Below, in pieces: positions 11,240-29,032 of a stretch of 64,000 nt of DNA. Below the pieces are notes generated by a model. The model did not search any database. It had not been told where the DNA came from and saw only the letters and a program-made list of their open reading frames with translations. The position numbers and the translations under genes were made by a program. The DNA comes from Mustelus asterias (Eukaryota): positions 4,712,001 through 4,776,000 of the forward strand of contig NC_135821.1 of assembly GCF_964213995.1 (NCBI RefSeq), written 5' to 3'. Numbering within the stretch: the first letter of the stretch is position 1; each line of letters opens with the position of its first letter.

Positions 11240-14010
11240 TAGAACATAGAACATAGAAAGTCACAGCACAAACAGGCCCTTCGGCCCACAAGTTGCGCCG
11301 ATCACATCCCCACCTCTAGGCCTATCTATAGCCCTCAATCCCATTAAATCCCATGTACTCATCCAGAAGTCTCTTAAAAGACCCCAACGAGTTTGCCTCC
11401 ACCACCACCGACGTCAGCCGATTCCACTCACCCACCACCCTCTGAGTGAAAAACTTACCCCTGACATCCCCCCTGTACCTACCCCCCAGCACCTTAAACC
11501 TGTGTCCTCTCGTAGCAACCATTTCAGCCCTTGGAAATAGCCTCTGAGAGTCCACCCTATCCAGACCCCTCAACATCTTGTAAACCTCTATCAGGTCACC
11601 TCTCATCCTTCGTCTCTCCAGGGAGAAGAGACCAAGCTCCCTCAACCTATCCTCATAAGGCATGCCCCCCAATCCAGGCAACATCCTTGTAAATCTCCTC
11701 TGCACCCTTTCAATGGCTTCAACATCTTTCCTGTAATGAGGTGACCAGAACTGCGCGCAGTACTCCAAGTGGGGTCTAACCAGGGTCCTATAAAGCTGCA
11801 GCATTATCTCCCGACTCCTAAACTCAATCCCTCGATTAATGAAGGCTAGTACGCCATACGCCTTCTTGACCGCATCCTCCACCTGCGAGGCCGATTTAAG
11901 AGTCCTATGGACCCGGACCCCAAGGTCCTTCTGATCCTCTACACTGCTAAGAATGGTACCCTTCATTTTATACTGCTGCTCCATCCCATTGGATCTGCCA
12001 AAATGGATCACTACACACTTATCCGGGTTGAAGTCCATCTGCCACTTCTCCGCCCAGTCTTGCATTCTATCTATGTCTCGCTGCAACTTCTGACATCCCT
12101 CCAAACTATCCACAACACCACCTACCTTGGTGTCGTCAGCAAACTTACCAACCCATCCCTCCACTTCCTCATCCAGGTCATTTATGAAAATGACAAACAG
12201 CAAGGGTCCCAGAACAGATCCCTGGGGCACTCCACTGGTCACTGACCTCCATGCAGAGAAAGACCCCTCCACAGCCACTCTCTGCCTTCTGCAGGCAAGC
12301 CAGTTCTGGATCCACAAGGCAACAGCCCCTTGGATCCCATGCCCTCTCACTTTCTCAAGAAGTCTTGCATGGGGGACCTTATCGAACGCTTTGCTGAAGT
12401 CCATATAGACCACATCCACCGCTCTTCCTTCGTCAATGTGCTTGGTCACATTTTCAAAGAACTCAACCAGGCTCGTAAGGCACGACCTGCCCCTGACAAA
12501 GCCGTGCTGACTACTTTTGATCATACTAAACTTCTCTAGATGATCATAAATCCTGTCTCTCAGGATCCTCTCCATCAACTTACCAACCACTGAGGTTAGA
12601 CTCACCGGTCGGTAATTTCCCGGGCTGTCCCTGTTCCCTTTCTTGAATATAGGGACCACATCCGCAATCCTCCAATCCTCCGGAACCTCTCCCGTCTCCA
12701 TCGACGATGCAAAGATCATCGCCAAAGGCTCCGCAATCTCCTCCCTCGCCTCCCACAGTAACCTGGGGTACATCCCATCCGGTCCCGGCGACTTACCAAC
12801 CTTGATGCCATTCAATAGTTCCAACACATCCTCTTTCTTTATGTCCACATGCTCGATCCTTTCTGTCCTCCGCAATCCAGCAGAACAACCACCCAGATCC
12901 CTTTCCACCGTGAATACCGAGGTAAAGTATTCATTAAGCAGCTCCGCCATTTCTAACGGTTCCGCACAAACTTTTCCCCCTTCACATTTTAAGGGTCCTA
13001 TGCCTTCACATCTCATCCTTTTACTCTTGACATATTTGTAGAAAGCCTTGGGATTCTCCTTAATCTTACCCGCCAAGGTCTTCTCATGACCCCTTCTCGC
13101 TCTCCTAATTTCCTTCTTAAGCTCCTTCCTACATCGCGTATACTCCTCTAAATCCTTAACACCTCCTAGCTCTCTGAACCTTCTGTACGCCTCTCTTTTC
13201 TTATTCACCAGGTTCATCACAACCTTCGTGCACCACGGTTCCCGTACCCTACCAACACCCCCCTGTCTCATCGGAACGTTGTCATGCAGAGCTCCAGACA
13301 AACATTCCTTGAAAATCCTCCACTTTCCTTCGGTACTTTTCCCCAAGAATGCCTCCTTCCAATTTACCCGTCTAATTTCCTCCCTGATGACACCGTATTT
13401 CCCTTTACTCCAGAGAAACACTTTCCTAGCCTGCCTGACCCTATCTCTTTCCAATGCTATCGTGAAGGAGATAGAATTATGATCGCTATCCCCAAGATGC
13501 TCACCCACCGAGAGATCCTCCACCTGTCCAGGTTCATTAGCCAGCACCAGATCAAGAACAGCCTCTCCTCTAGTAGGCTTATCCACATACTGTGTCAGGA
13601 AACTCTCCTGGACACACCTAACAAACTCCTCTCCATCCAAACCCCTAGCCCTAGGGATATTCCAATCTATGTTTGGGAAATTAAAATCTCCCATCACGAC
13701 AACTCTGTTATTCCTACATCTCTCCAGGATCTGTTTCCCCATCTGCTCCTCAACATCTCTGTTACTATTGGGCGGCCTATAGAAAACACCCAGCAAAGTT
13801 ACCGACCCCTTCCTGTTCCTAACCTCCACCCACAGAGATTCCGTAGTCAGTCCCTCCACGGCGTCCACCTTCTCTACAGCCGTGACACTATCCCTGATCA
13901 ACAGTGCCACTCCCCCCCCTCTCTTGCCTCCCTCCCTGTCCTTCCTGAAACATCTAAAACCCGGCACCTGAAGCACCCAGTCCTGTCCCTGAGACATCCA
14001 AGTCTCCGTT
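11240..14010 (-). mobile_element. Young 5'-truncated CR1 LINE (2.8 kb)
   Basis: Uninterrupted ORF2, (TTCTATG)n tail and flanking 'gaca' duplication (11236-11239 / 14011-14014); it splits a SINE that is uninterrupted at this site in the paralogue near 20400. Confidence 0.96.
11322..14010 (-). CDS. CR1 ORF2: partial AP endonuclease plus reverse transcriptase (about 895 aa, N-terminally truncated)
   Basis: APE motifs ETW, GVFYRPP, MGDFNFP, LDLVL, SDHN; RT motifs KSPGPDG, YRPVSLTS, DFSKAFD, GVPQGSVLGP, FADD. Confidence 0.9.
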
Positions 14011-15672
14011 GACAGTTGAGAGTCAACCACATTACTGTGACTCTATAATCACTGGTAGGCCAGACCGGGTAGGAATGGCAGATTTCCTTCCCTAGCGGAC
14101 ATTAGTGAACCAGATGGGTTTTTCCAACAATCGACAATGGGCCATCAGCAGATTCTTAATTCCAGATTTTTTTTATTGAATTCAAATTGTACCATCTGCC
14201 GTGGCGGGATTCGAACCCAGGTCCGCAGGAATGTCTGGATTAATAGTCTAGCGATAGTCCCACTGCGCTATCGCCTCCCCTTGGAGGTAGATTGGAAGAG
14301 GCTGACCAGCAGCAGACAAAGCCACAGGGAATCTACAAACCAACTGACAAGTTAGGGGAATGTAAAATGGATTTGAGATGAGTATCAGACAGAACGCTAT
14401 TGCTCAGTCAGTGTGAAGTGGAGTTTTATCCCCAAATTTCAGAGCTGGAAACACAAACATTTTCCCCCTTTATGGGAAAACTTTGAGTCTACTCTTTTAA
14501 ATTATTCTTTGGTGGGATGTAGCTGTTTCTCGCAAGGTCAGTATTTTGTTGGCCATGGCTTGCTGGGCCATTTCAGAGGGTGGGTCAGAGTCAGCCACAC
14601 GGCTGTGGGTCTGGAGTCACATGTCAGCCAGACTGGGTACAATTGGCTGTCAGGAAGACTTTAATCACAGAAAATGATTCATCTTCAAGGTTGAAGAACA
14701 GTCTGGAAGAATTGGTGTTGTGAAAGACATTGATCCTTGAAGAAACAATGCAGGACTCTGACTGCTATTGCTGAAAAACACATCTTTTACAAGTTAAGTG
14801 ATTCTGAAAGGAAACTGGGAACCTCTTGACCCTGATGGATTGTGTACAAAGTGACAGGAGGAGATGCACGAGCTACAGTCTGGCTCTGAACAAAGCTAGA
14901 CCCAGAACTGAGGGGATTTTCCTTGTGCTTTGTGGAGAGATGGAGCAACTGCTTCAGAGGAAGCCAGTGGTCTTTTACAGTCCGCAGCTGGAAGTGAATA
15001 CATCCTGCTCCAGTGTTGCTCTACACACTGAAGTAAAGCATTCTGGAATGTTCCTCCAGGCTATCTGTAAAGCAATGCAGGATTGATTGATTATATCACA
15101 GGTCAGTGCTGAGACCCACCCTGTGTAACCCAGACTCCATGTCAAGGACTGCACCAGACAGAGGCCATTCAGCCCAGTGTTTGCACCAATGCTGACAGTA
15201 TGTCAAGGCCCTCTCCCCATAACCCCACACATCTACCATGGCCAATCCCCCTAATCTGCACATCTTGCAATCAATCTGACTTTTGCCTGTCTATTCAGCC
15301 AGATAGTTCACCAGGTTTGTCAAAGGAAACCTGGTTGAAGTCTGTATTCTGAGTAGCAGCAGTGAAAAATGAATATTAGTGACCAACTACACCCTTTTGG
15401 ATTGTTGTGTTGTCCTTTGCTGAAGGACATCTTCCCCATTATTCCACAACTTCAGCCAGACTCTCCTTTGCAGGGGAAACAGATTACTGTTACAGAAATA
15501 TTCTGTAAAACTACAAGAGGTGAGTGAATCAAGAGAGAAATCTTGAGCCCAGCTACTGAATTACACTAAAGGACAAGAAAAATCAGTCAAACAATAAATA
15601 TTTTTTATTTCCAAATACAGCAGCAGCTCAGAACAGGACTGTCACCATTGGATCAAACTTAATTCCCAAGAC

Positions 15673-18581
<2,909 letters not shown>

Positions 18582-18785
18582 CTCACTCAGGATAAGAGTC
18601 ACACAACAACAAGCTGACCTCGGTCCTCACAAGCTCTTGTATTTATACCACTGGGACATCCTGCATTCAAACTGGGAATGACATCACCAATGATGATTGG
18701 TTGTCAGGGATTGTCAATCAGGAATCCAAACACCAATGAATCAATGAGAGAGGGTGGGGTGTGATACCCTGAGCCAATCAGAGCT
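18582..18785 (-). promoter_or_regulatory. Proximal promoter of copy 3 (TATAAA 18647-18642; one CCAAT box micro-inverted)
   Basis: Conserved block; 18694-18720 is the reverse complement of the paralogous segment. Confidence 0.68.
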
Positions 18786-18879
18786 GTGGATGACAGGAGG
18801 ATGAGAATGATGATTCAGTGATTGGGACATTCAAATTGTTCACGTCATTTAATCCTTTTAGTGCTGGTATCATTCTGGT

Positions 18880-19522
18880 CCCTCTGCGGAGGGATCCTCC
18901 CCCACTATCTTGGGGACCTGGGGTGGAGGGTGGTACACACAGCAGTCCTGTACAACAGAAGGTTAAATGGGTTCACAGACTCCCTTTTTGCAATCTTGTC
19001 AAGCCCGTGGACCATGTCTACGTTCAATGTGATAGGCTGCACACCCTTTCTATTTTCCTCACAAACCTTCTGTTGATGTTTTGTTTGCTCTTCAACCCCA
19101 TGCTCCTGATCTACAGACACCTGGGGTGGAGGGGTGGAGGGGGGTGGGGAAGGAGGAGGACCTCCTCGTGAACCTGCTCCTGGGCCTGGCAAGGCGTGGC
19201 ACCATCCAGACAGCGGGTGACCGAGGGGATCGTCCGACCTGACTGTCTGCCCCTCTACCACGGCTATATTCGCGGCCAGGTATGACTGGAGAGGGAGTAT
19301 GTGGTGTCCGAGGGCATTGTCAACACCTTCCGTGCCCGCTGGGCACCGCAGGGGCTGGGGTGCATTATTGACCCCTTTAATTACATTTTGATTTGATGAT
19401 TTAAGTTTCCTTTCCGCTTTGTCTTTTGTTTTGGGCGGTTCCCCTCCTTTTTGGGAGCTGCCCCTTTTAATTTATCCCTGAGTTAGTTTGAGTTAGTTTA
19501 TTTGGTTTATCAAAAAGATTGA
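18880..19522 (+). mobile_element. Tx1/L1-clade non-LTR retrotransposon 3' end
   Basis: Degenerate DLxWRxxH..PFC..DHVYVQCxRL zinc-knuckle region, T-rich 3'UTR and 12-bp TSD tatcrttctggt (18868-18879 / 19523-19534); empty site near 9230. Confidence 0.85.
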
Positions 19523-19709
19523 TATCGTTCTGGTGAATCTGTTCTGCATTCTCTCCAAAGTGAATTTATCCAAACTGATCACAATGTTGCCGATGTGGTC
19601 TAAGCTGCTTTTTATGCAGCTGTTTCAGAACCTCTGCCCCTCTCTCTTCCAACTCCCTTGAGATGAAGAATAAAATTCTATTAGCCTTTTTAAGTTTGCT
19701 TTTGTAGCT

Positions 19710-20050
19710 GGCGACACGGTAGCACAGTGGTTAGCATTGCTGCTTCACAGCTCCAGGATCCTGGGTTCGATTCCCGGCTCGGGTCACTGTCTGTGTGGAG
19801 TTTGCACATTCTCCTCATGTCTGCGTGGGTTTCCTCCGGGTGCTCCGGTTTCCTCCCACAGTCCAAAGATGTGTGGGTTAGGTTGATTGGCCAGGTTAAA
19901 AAAATTGCCCCTTAGAGTCCTGGGATGTGTAGGTTAGAGGGATTAGTGGGTAAAATATGTGGGGGTAGGGCCTGGGTGGGATTGTGGTCGGTGCAGACTC
20001 GATGGGCCGAATGGCCTCCTTCTGCACTGTAGGGTTTCTATGATTTCTAT
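19710..20050 (+). mobile_element. V-domain SINE (HE1-like)
   Basis: tRNA head, V-domain and CR1-type tail (TTTCTATGA). Confidence 0.85.
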
Positions 20051-20339
20051 ATAAACAGATGGAGCAGGAGTAGGCCATTCAGCCCCTCGGGCCTGCTCCA
20101 TCATTTGATAAGGTCATGGTTGACCTCTTAGTAACCTCAAATCTGCATCCAATTGACCCCTAATAACCTTTCACACCCTCACTTACAAAGAATCTACCAA
20201 GAATCTAGCCAGCAGTGCCTTAAGAATATTCAACGATTCTGCTCCCAGGACCTTTTAGGAAGAGAGTTCCAAAGACTTTTAAGTCCACTACTTTTTAGTA
20301 ATTTCTTTACAGTCGCAGCATTGACCACAATATTATTAT

Positions 20340-21055
20340 TTTTTCATTCATTGATGGGACATGGGCGTCGCTGGTTGGCCAGCATTTATTGCCCATCCCT
20401 AGTTGCCCGAGGGCAGTTGCGAGTCAACCACATTGCTGTGCTCTGGAGTCACATGTAGGCCAGACCAGGTAAGGACGGCAGATTTCCTTCCCTAAAGGAC
20501 ATTAGTGAACCAGATGGGTTTTTCTGACAATCGACAATGGTTTCATGGTCATCAGTAGATTCTTAATTCCAGATTTTTTATTGAATTCAAATTCCACCAT
20601 CTGCCGTGGCGGGATTCGAACTCGGGTCCCCAGAACATGGGGGCGGCACGGTAGCACAGTGGTTGGCACTGCTGCTTCACAGCTCCAGGGACCTGGGTTC
20701 GATTCCCGGCTTGGGTCACTGTCTGTGTGGAGTTTGCACATTCTCCTCGTGTCTGCGTGGGTTTCCTCCGGGTGCTCCGGTTTCCTCCCACAGTCCAAAA
20801 ATGTGTGGGTTAGGTTGATTGGCTATGCTAAAAAAAATTGCCCTTCGTGTCCTGAGATGTGTAGGTTAGAGGGATTAGTGGGTAAATATGTAGGGATATG
20901 GGAGTAGGGCCTGGGTGGGATTGTGGTCGGTGCAGACTCGATGGGCTGAATGGCCTCTTCCTGTACTGTAGGGTTTCTATGATTTCTATTTCTAACATTC
21001 GCTGAGTTTCTGGATTAATAGTCTAGCGATAATACCACTAGGCCATCGCCTCCCC
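20340..21055 (-). mobile_element. tRNA-headed SINE with a nested V-SINE (20639-20990, + strand; 'aacat' duplication)
   Basis: A-box TGGCCTAGTGG and B-box GTTCGAATC; uninterrupted paralogue at about 27485-27830. Confidence 0.8.
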
Positions 21056-22793
21056 TTGGAGATAGATCGGAAGAGGCTGACTGGCAGCAGACAAAGCCAC
21101 AGGGAATCTACAAACCAACTGACAAGTTGGGGGAATGTAAAAGGGATTTGTGATGAGAAAATAGTTCCTCTTTCATTCATTTGATCAGCTGATCTAAAGA
21201 TCCAACTTGTCTTGTACCCATCCTCACTTGGCTTCCCACCGACCCCTGATAACCTATCACACCCTCGCTTACCAAGAATCTACCCAGCACTACCTTAAGA
21301 ATATTCAATGACTCTGCTTCCACCACCTTTTTAGGAAGAGAGAGTTCCAAATACTTTTTAGTAATTTCTTCACAGTCGCAGCATCGACCACAATATTATG
21401 TTATATTATGGTCATCAGTAGATTCTTAATTCCAGATGTGTATTGAATTTAAATTCCATTATCTGCCGTGATAGGATTCGAACCCAGGTTCCCAGAACAT
21501 TAGCTGAGTTTCTGGATTAATGATCTAGCGATAATACCACTAGGCCATGGCCTCCCTTTGGAGATAGATTGGAAGAGGCTGACCAGCACCAGACAAAGGC
21601 ACAGGGAATCTACAAACCAACTGACAAGTTGGGGGGGGGGGTGGTGGAAAATGGGTTTGTGACGAGTATCAGACAGAACGCTATTGCTGAGTCAGTGTGA
21701 AGTGGAGTTTTATCCCCACATTTCAGAGCTGGAAACACCAGTGTTTTCCCCCTTTATTGGAAAACTTTGTGCGCTCGCTGTTTGAAAAATGTATTCTTTG
21801 GTGGGATGTGGCTGTTTCTCACAAGGCCAGTATTTGTTGGCCATTTCAGAGGGTGGTTAAGAGTCAGTTACCCTGCTGTGGGTCTGGAGTCACATGTCAG
21901 CCAGACTGGGTACAAATGGCTGCCAAGATGATTTTAAAATCACAGAAAATGATTCGTCTTCAAGTTCAGAGCAGTCTTGAAAAGTTGTTTCTTAAAGGAT
22001 CCATGCAGGACTCTAGAATGGTTTTAAAAATGGATTTTCCTTCTGCTCTGAAGGGAGATGGAGTGGCTACTTCAGAGGAAGCCAGTGGCCTTTGAAAGTC
22101 CACAGCTGGAAGTGACTACATCCTGCTCCAGAGTTGCTCTACACACTGAAGTGGAACATTCCTCCAGGCCATCTGTAAAGCAACGTAGGATTCATTAACT
22201 GCATCCCAGGTCAGCACCAAGGTACCCAACCTGTGTAACCCAGACTCTATTTCAAAAGGGTGCCACTATCTATTGAATCCCACAAGTGCAGAAGGAGACC
22301 ATTCAGCCCATTGTGTTTGCACCAATGCTGACAGTATCTCAAAACCCTCTCCCCATAACCCCACATATTGACCATGGCCAATCCCCCCCCCAACCTCGCT
22401 GCTGAAGCCTTGGCCTTTCTATTGAGCCAGATTGTTAATCAAGTTTGTTAACATCTTGTATTCTGGGTAACAGCAGTGAAGATGAATACTTGTGACCAGC
22501 TGCACACTCCCTTCCTGATCATTAAAGAAACACAAAGAACATCTTCCCCATTATTCCACAAGAGCAGGGCTCCTTTGCTGAGGTGAACTGATTAGTTACA
22601 GAAATCCTTTGCATACTGAACAAGGCTGCAAGAGGAGAGTGAAATCTTTGAACCCAGCTACTGAATTACACCAAAGGACAAGAAAAATCAATCCCACAAT
22701 AAATATTTTTATTGCCAAATACAGCAATAGCTCAGAACAGGAAATGGAGCACAAAAACCCATCAGAATTGGATCAATCTTCACTCCCATCCAA

Positions 22794-26048
<3,255 letters not shown>

Positions 26049-26250
26049 CTCATTGAGGAGAAGAGTCACACAACAACAAGCTGACCTCTGCCCTCACAAG
26101 CTCTTGTATTTATACCACTGGGACATCCTGCATTCAAACTGGGAATGACATCACCAATGATGATTGACAATCCCTGACAGCCAATCAGGAATCCAGGCAC
26201 CAATGAATCAATGAGAGGGGGTGGGGTGTGATACCCAGAGCCAATCAGAG
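26049..26250 (-). promoter_or_regulatory. Proximal promoter of copy 4 (TATAAA 26114-26109)
   Basis: Conserved TATA/TGACATCA/CCAAT block. Confidence 0.68.
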
Positions 26251-26346
26251 CTGTGGAAGACAAGAGGGTGAGGATGATTATTCAGTGATTGGGACATTCA
26301 AACTGCCCACATCATTTGATCCTTTTAGCGCTGGTATCGTTCTGGT

Positions 26347-26996
26347 CCCTCTGCGGAGGGATCCTCCCCCACTATCTTGGGGACCTGTGGTGGAGGGTGG
26401 TGCATACAGCAGTCCTGCACAACAGAAGGTTAAATTGGTTCCCAGACTCCCAAGCGACCTTCCCTTTTTGCAACCTTGTCAAGCCCGTGGACCATGTCTA
26501 CGTTCAATGTGATAGGCTGCACACCCTTTCTATTTTCCTCACAAACTTTCTGTTGATGTTTTGTTTGCTCTTCAGCCCCACGCTCCTGATCTACGGACAC
26601 CCGGTGTGGAGGGGAGTGGGGAAGGAGGAGGACCTCCTCGTGAACCTGCTCCTGGATCTGGTAAAGCTTGCCACCTACAGGGTCCAGGCAGCGAGTGACC
26701 GAGGTGGACGTCCAAACCGACTGTCTGCCCATTTACCCTGGCTATATTCGTGGCCGGGTGTGACTGGAGAGGGAGCATGCGGTGTCCGAGGGCACTGTCA
26801 ACACCTTCCGTGCCCGCTGGGCACCGCAGGGGCTGGGGTGCATTATTGACCCCTTTAATCACATTTTGATTTAAGTTTCCTTTCCGCTTTGTCTTTTGTT
26901 TTGGACGGTTCCCCTCCTTTATGGGAGGGAGCTGCCCTTTTTAATTTATCCCTGAGTTAGTTTGAGTTAGTTTATTTGGTTTGTCAAAAAGATTGA
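26347..26996 (+). mobile_element. Tx1/L1-clade 3' end (duplicate of 18880-19522)
   Basis: Same junctions; perfect 12-bp TSD tatcgttctggt (26335-26346 / 26997-27008). Confidence 0.87.
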
Positions 26997-29032
26997 TATC
27001 GTTCTGGTGAATCTGTTCTGCATTCTCTCCAAAGTGAATTTACGCAAACTGATCACAATGTTGCCGATGTGGGCTAAGCTGCTTTTTATACAGCTGTTTC
27101 AGAACCTCTGCCCCTCTCTCTTCCAACTTCCTTGAGATGAAGAATAAAATTCTATCAGCCTTTTTAAGTTTGCTTTTGTAGCTGCCATATAAAGAGATGG
27201 ACAAGGAGCAGGTGAAGGCCATTCAGCCCCTCGAGCCTGCTCCATCATTTAATAAGATCATGGTTGACCTCTTAGTAACCTCAAAGCTGCATCCCGTTGA
27301 CCCCTGATAACCTATCATACCCTCGCTTACAAAGAATCTACCAAGAATCTATCCACCACTGCCTTAAGAATATTCAATGACTCTGCTTGCACCATCTTTT
27401 TAGCAAGAGAGTTCCAAAGACTTTTTAGTCCACGACTTTTTAGTAATTTCTTTACAGTTGCAGTGTTGACCACAATATTATGTTTTTTTTCATTCATTTG
27501 TGGCACATGGGTGTCGCTGGCTGGCCAGCATTTATTGCCCTTCCTAGTTGAGAGTCAACCACGTTGCTATGGCTCTGGAATCACATGTAGCCAGACCAGG
27601 TAAGGACAGCAGATTTCCTTCCCTAAACGGACATGAGTGAAACAGATGGGTTTTTCTGACAATTGACAATGGTTTCATGGTCATCAGTAGATTCTTAATT
27701 CCAGATTTTTAAAATTGAATTCAAATTCCACCATCTGTCGTGGTGGGATTCGAACCCGGGTCGCCAGAACATTAGCGGAGTTTCTGGATTAATAGTCTAG
27801 CGATAATACCACTAGGCCATCGCCTCCCCTTGGAGGTAGATTGGAAAAGGCTGACCGGCACCAGACAAAACCACAGGGAATCTACAAACCAACTGACAAG
27901 TTGGGGGAATGTAAAATGGATTTGAGATGAGTATCAGACAGAACGCTATTGCTCAGTCAGTGTGAAGTGTGATGTGGAGTTTAATCCACAAATCTCAGAG
28001 CTGGAAACACCAGCATTTTTCTCCTTTATTGGAAAACTTTGAGTCTATCTTTTATTTAAACGCATTCTTTGGTGGGATGTGTCTGTTTCTCGCAAGGCCA
28101 GTATTTGTTGGCCATGGCTCGCTGGGCCATTTCCGAGGGTTGTTTAGAGTCAGTCACACTGCTGTGGGGTCTGGAGTCACATGTCAGCCAGACTGGGTAC
28201 AAATGGCTGTTGGGAAAATCTTGATCACAAGAAACAATTAATCTTCAAGGACTAAGAACAGTCATTGTTTCTTAAAGGATCAATGCAGGACTCTGGAACT
28301 GTTTTAAAAGTGGATTTTCCTTCTGCTTTGAGGAGAGATAGAGTGACTGCTTCTGAGGAAGCCAGTGGTTTTTCCACAGTCCACAGCTAGAAGTGACTAC
28401 ATCCTGCTCCACTGTTGCTCTACACACTGCAGTATTCTGGAATGTTCCACCAGGCCATCTGTAAAGCAACGCAGGATTCATTGTTTCTGTCCCAGGTCAG
28501 TGCCGAGACACCCACCCTGTATAACCCAGACTCCACAATCCAGTACAAGGGCATTTCAGCCACTGTGTTTGCACCAATGCTGACAATCTCTCAAGGCCCT
28601 CTCCCCATAATCCCCACACATTTAACATGGCCATTCCACCCAACCTGCACCTCTTGTTTTTGAACCCTGATGGTTGCCTTTCTAGTCAGCTAGATTGACA
28701 AACTGAGTTAACAAAGCAAACCTGGTTAAAGTCTTGTATTCTGGGGAATAGCAGTGAAGATGAATACTTATGAACAACTGCATGCTCCCTTCCTGATTAT
28801 TCCACAATAGCAGGACTCTCCTTTGCAGAGAGAGTGAACAGATTACAGAAATCCTTTGCATGCTGAAAACCACAAGAGGAGAGTGAATCAAGTTGGAAAT
28901 CTTTGAATGCCACTAAAGGACAAGAAAAATCAGCCCAACAATAAATATTTTTATTTCCAAATACAACAACAGCTCAGAACAGGAATTTGAGCACAAGATA
29001 GTCAGGGTTGGATCAAACTTCATTCCCAAGGC

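Larger units (their letters stand above)
11165..14280 (-). mobile_element. tRNA-headed SINE (SacSINE/SINE2-like), interrupted by the CR1
   Basis: Head GGGGAGGCGAT..GGGTTCGAATCCCGCCACGGCAGATGG at about 14280-14190; tail at 11165-11235. Confidence 0.72.
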
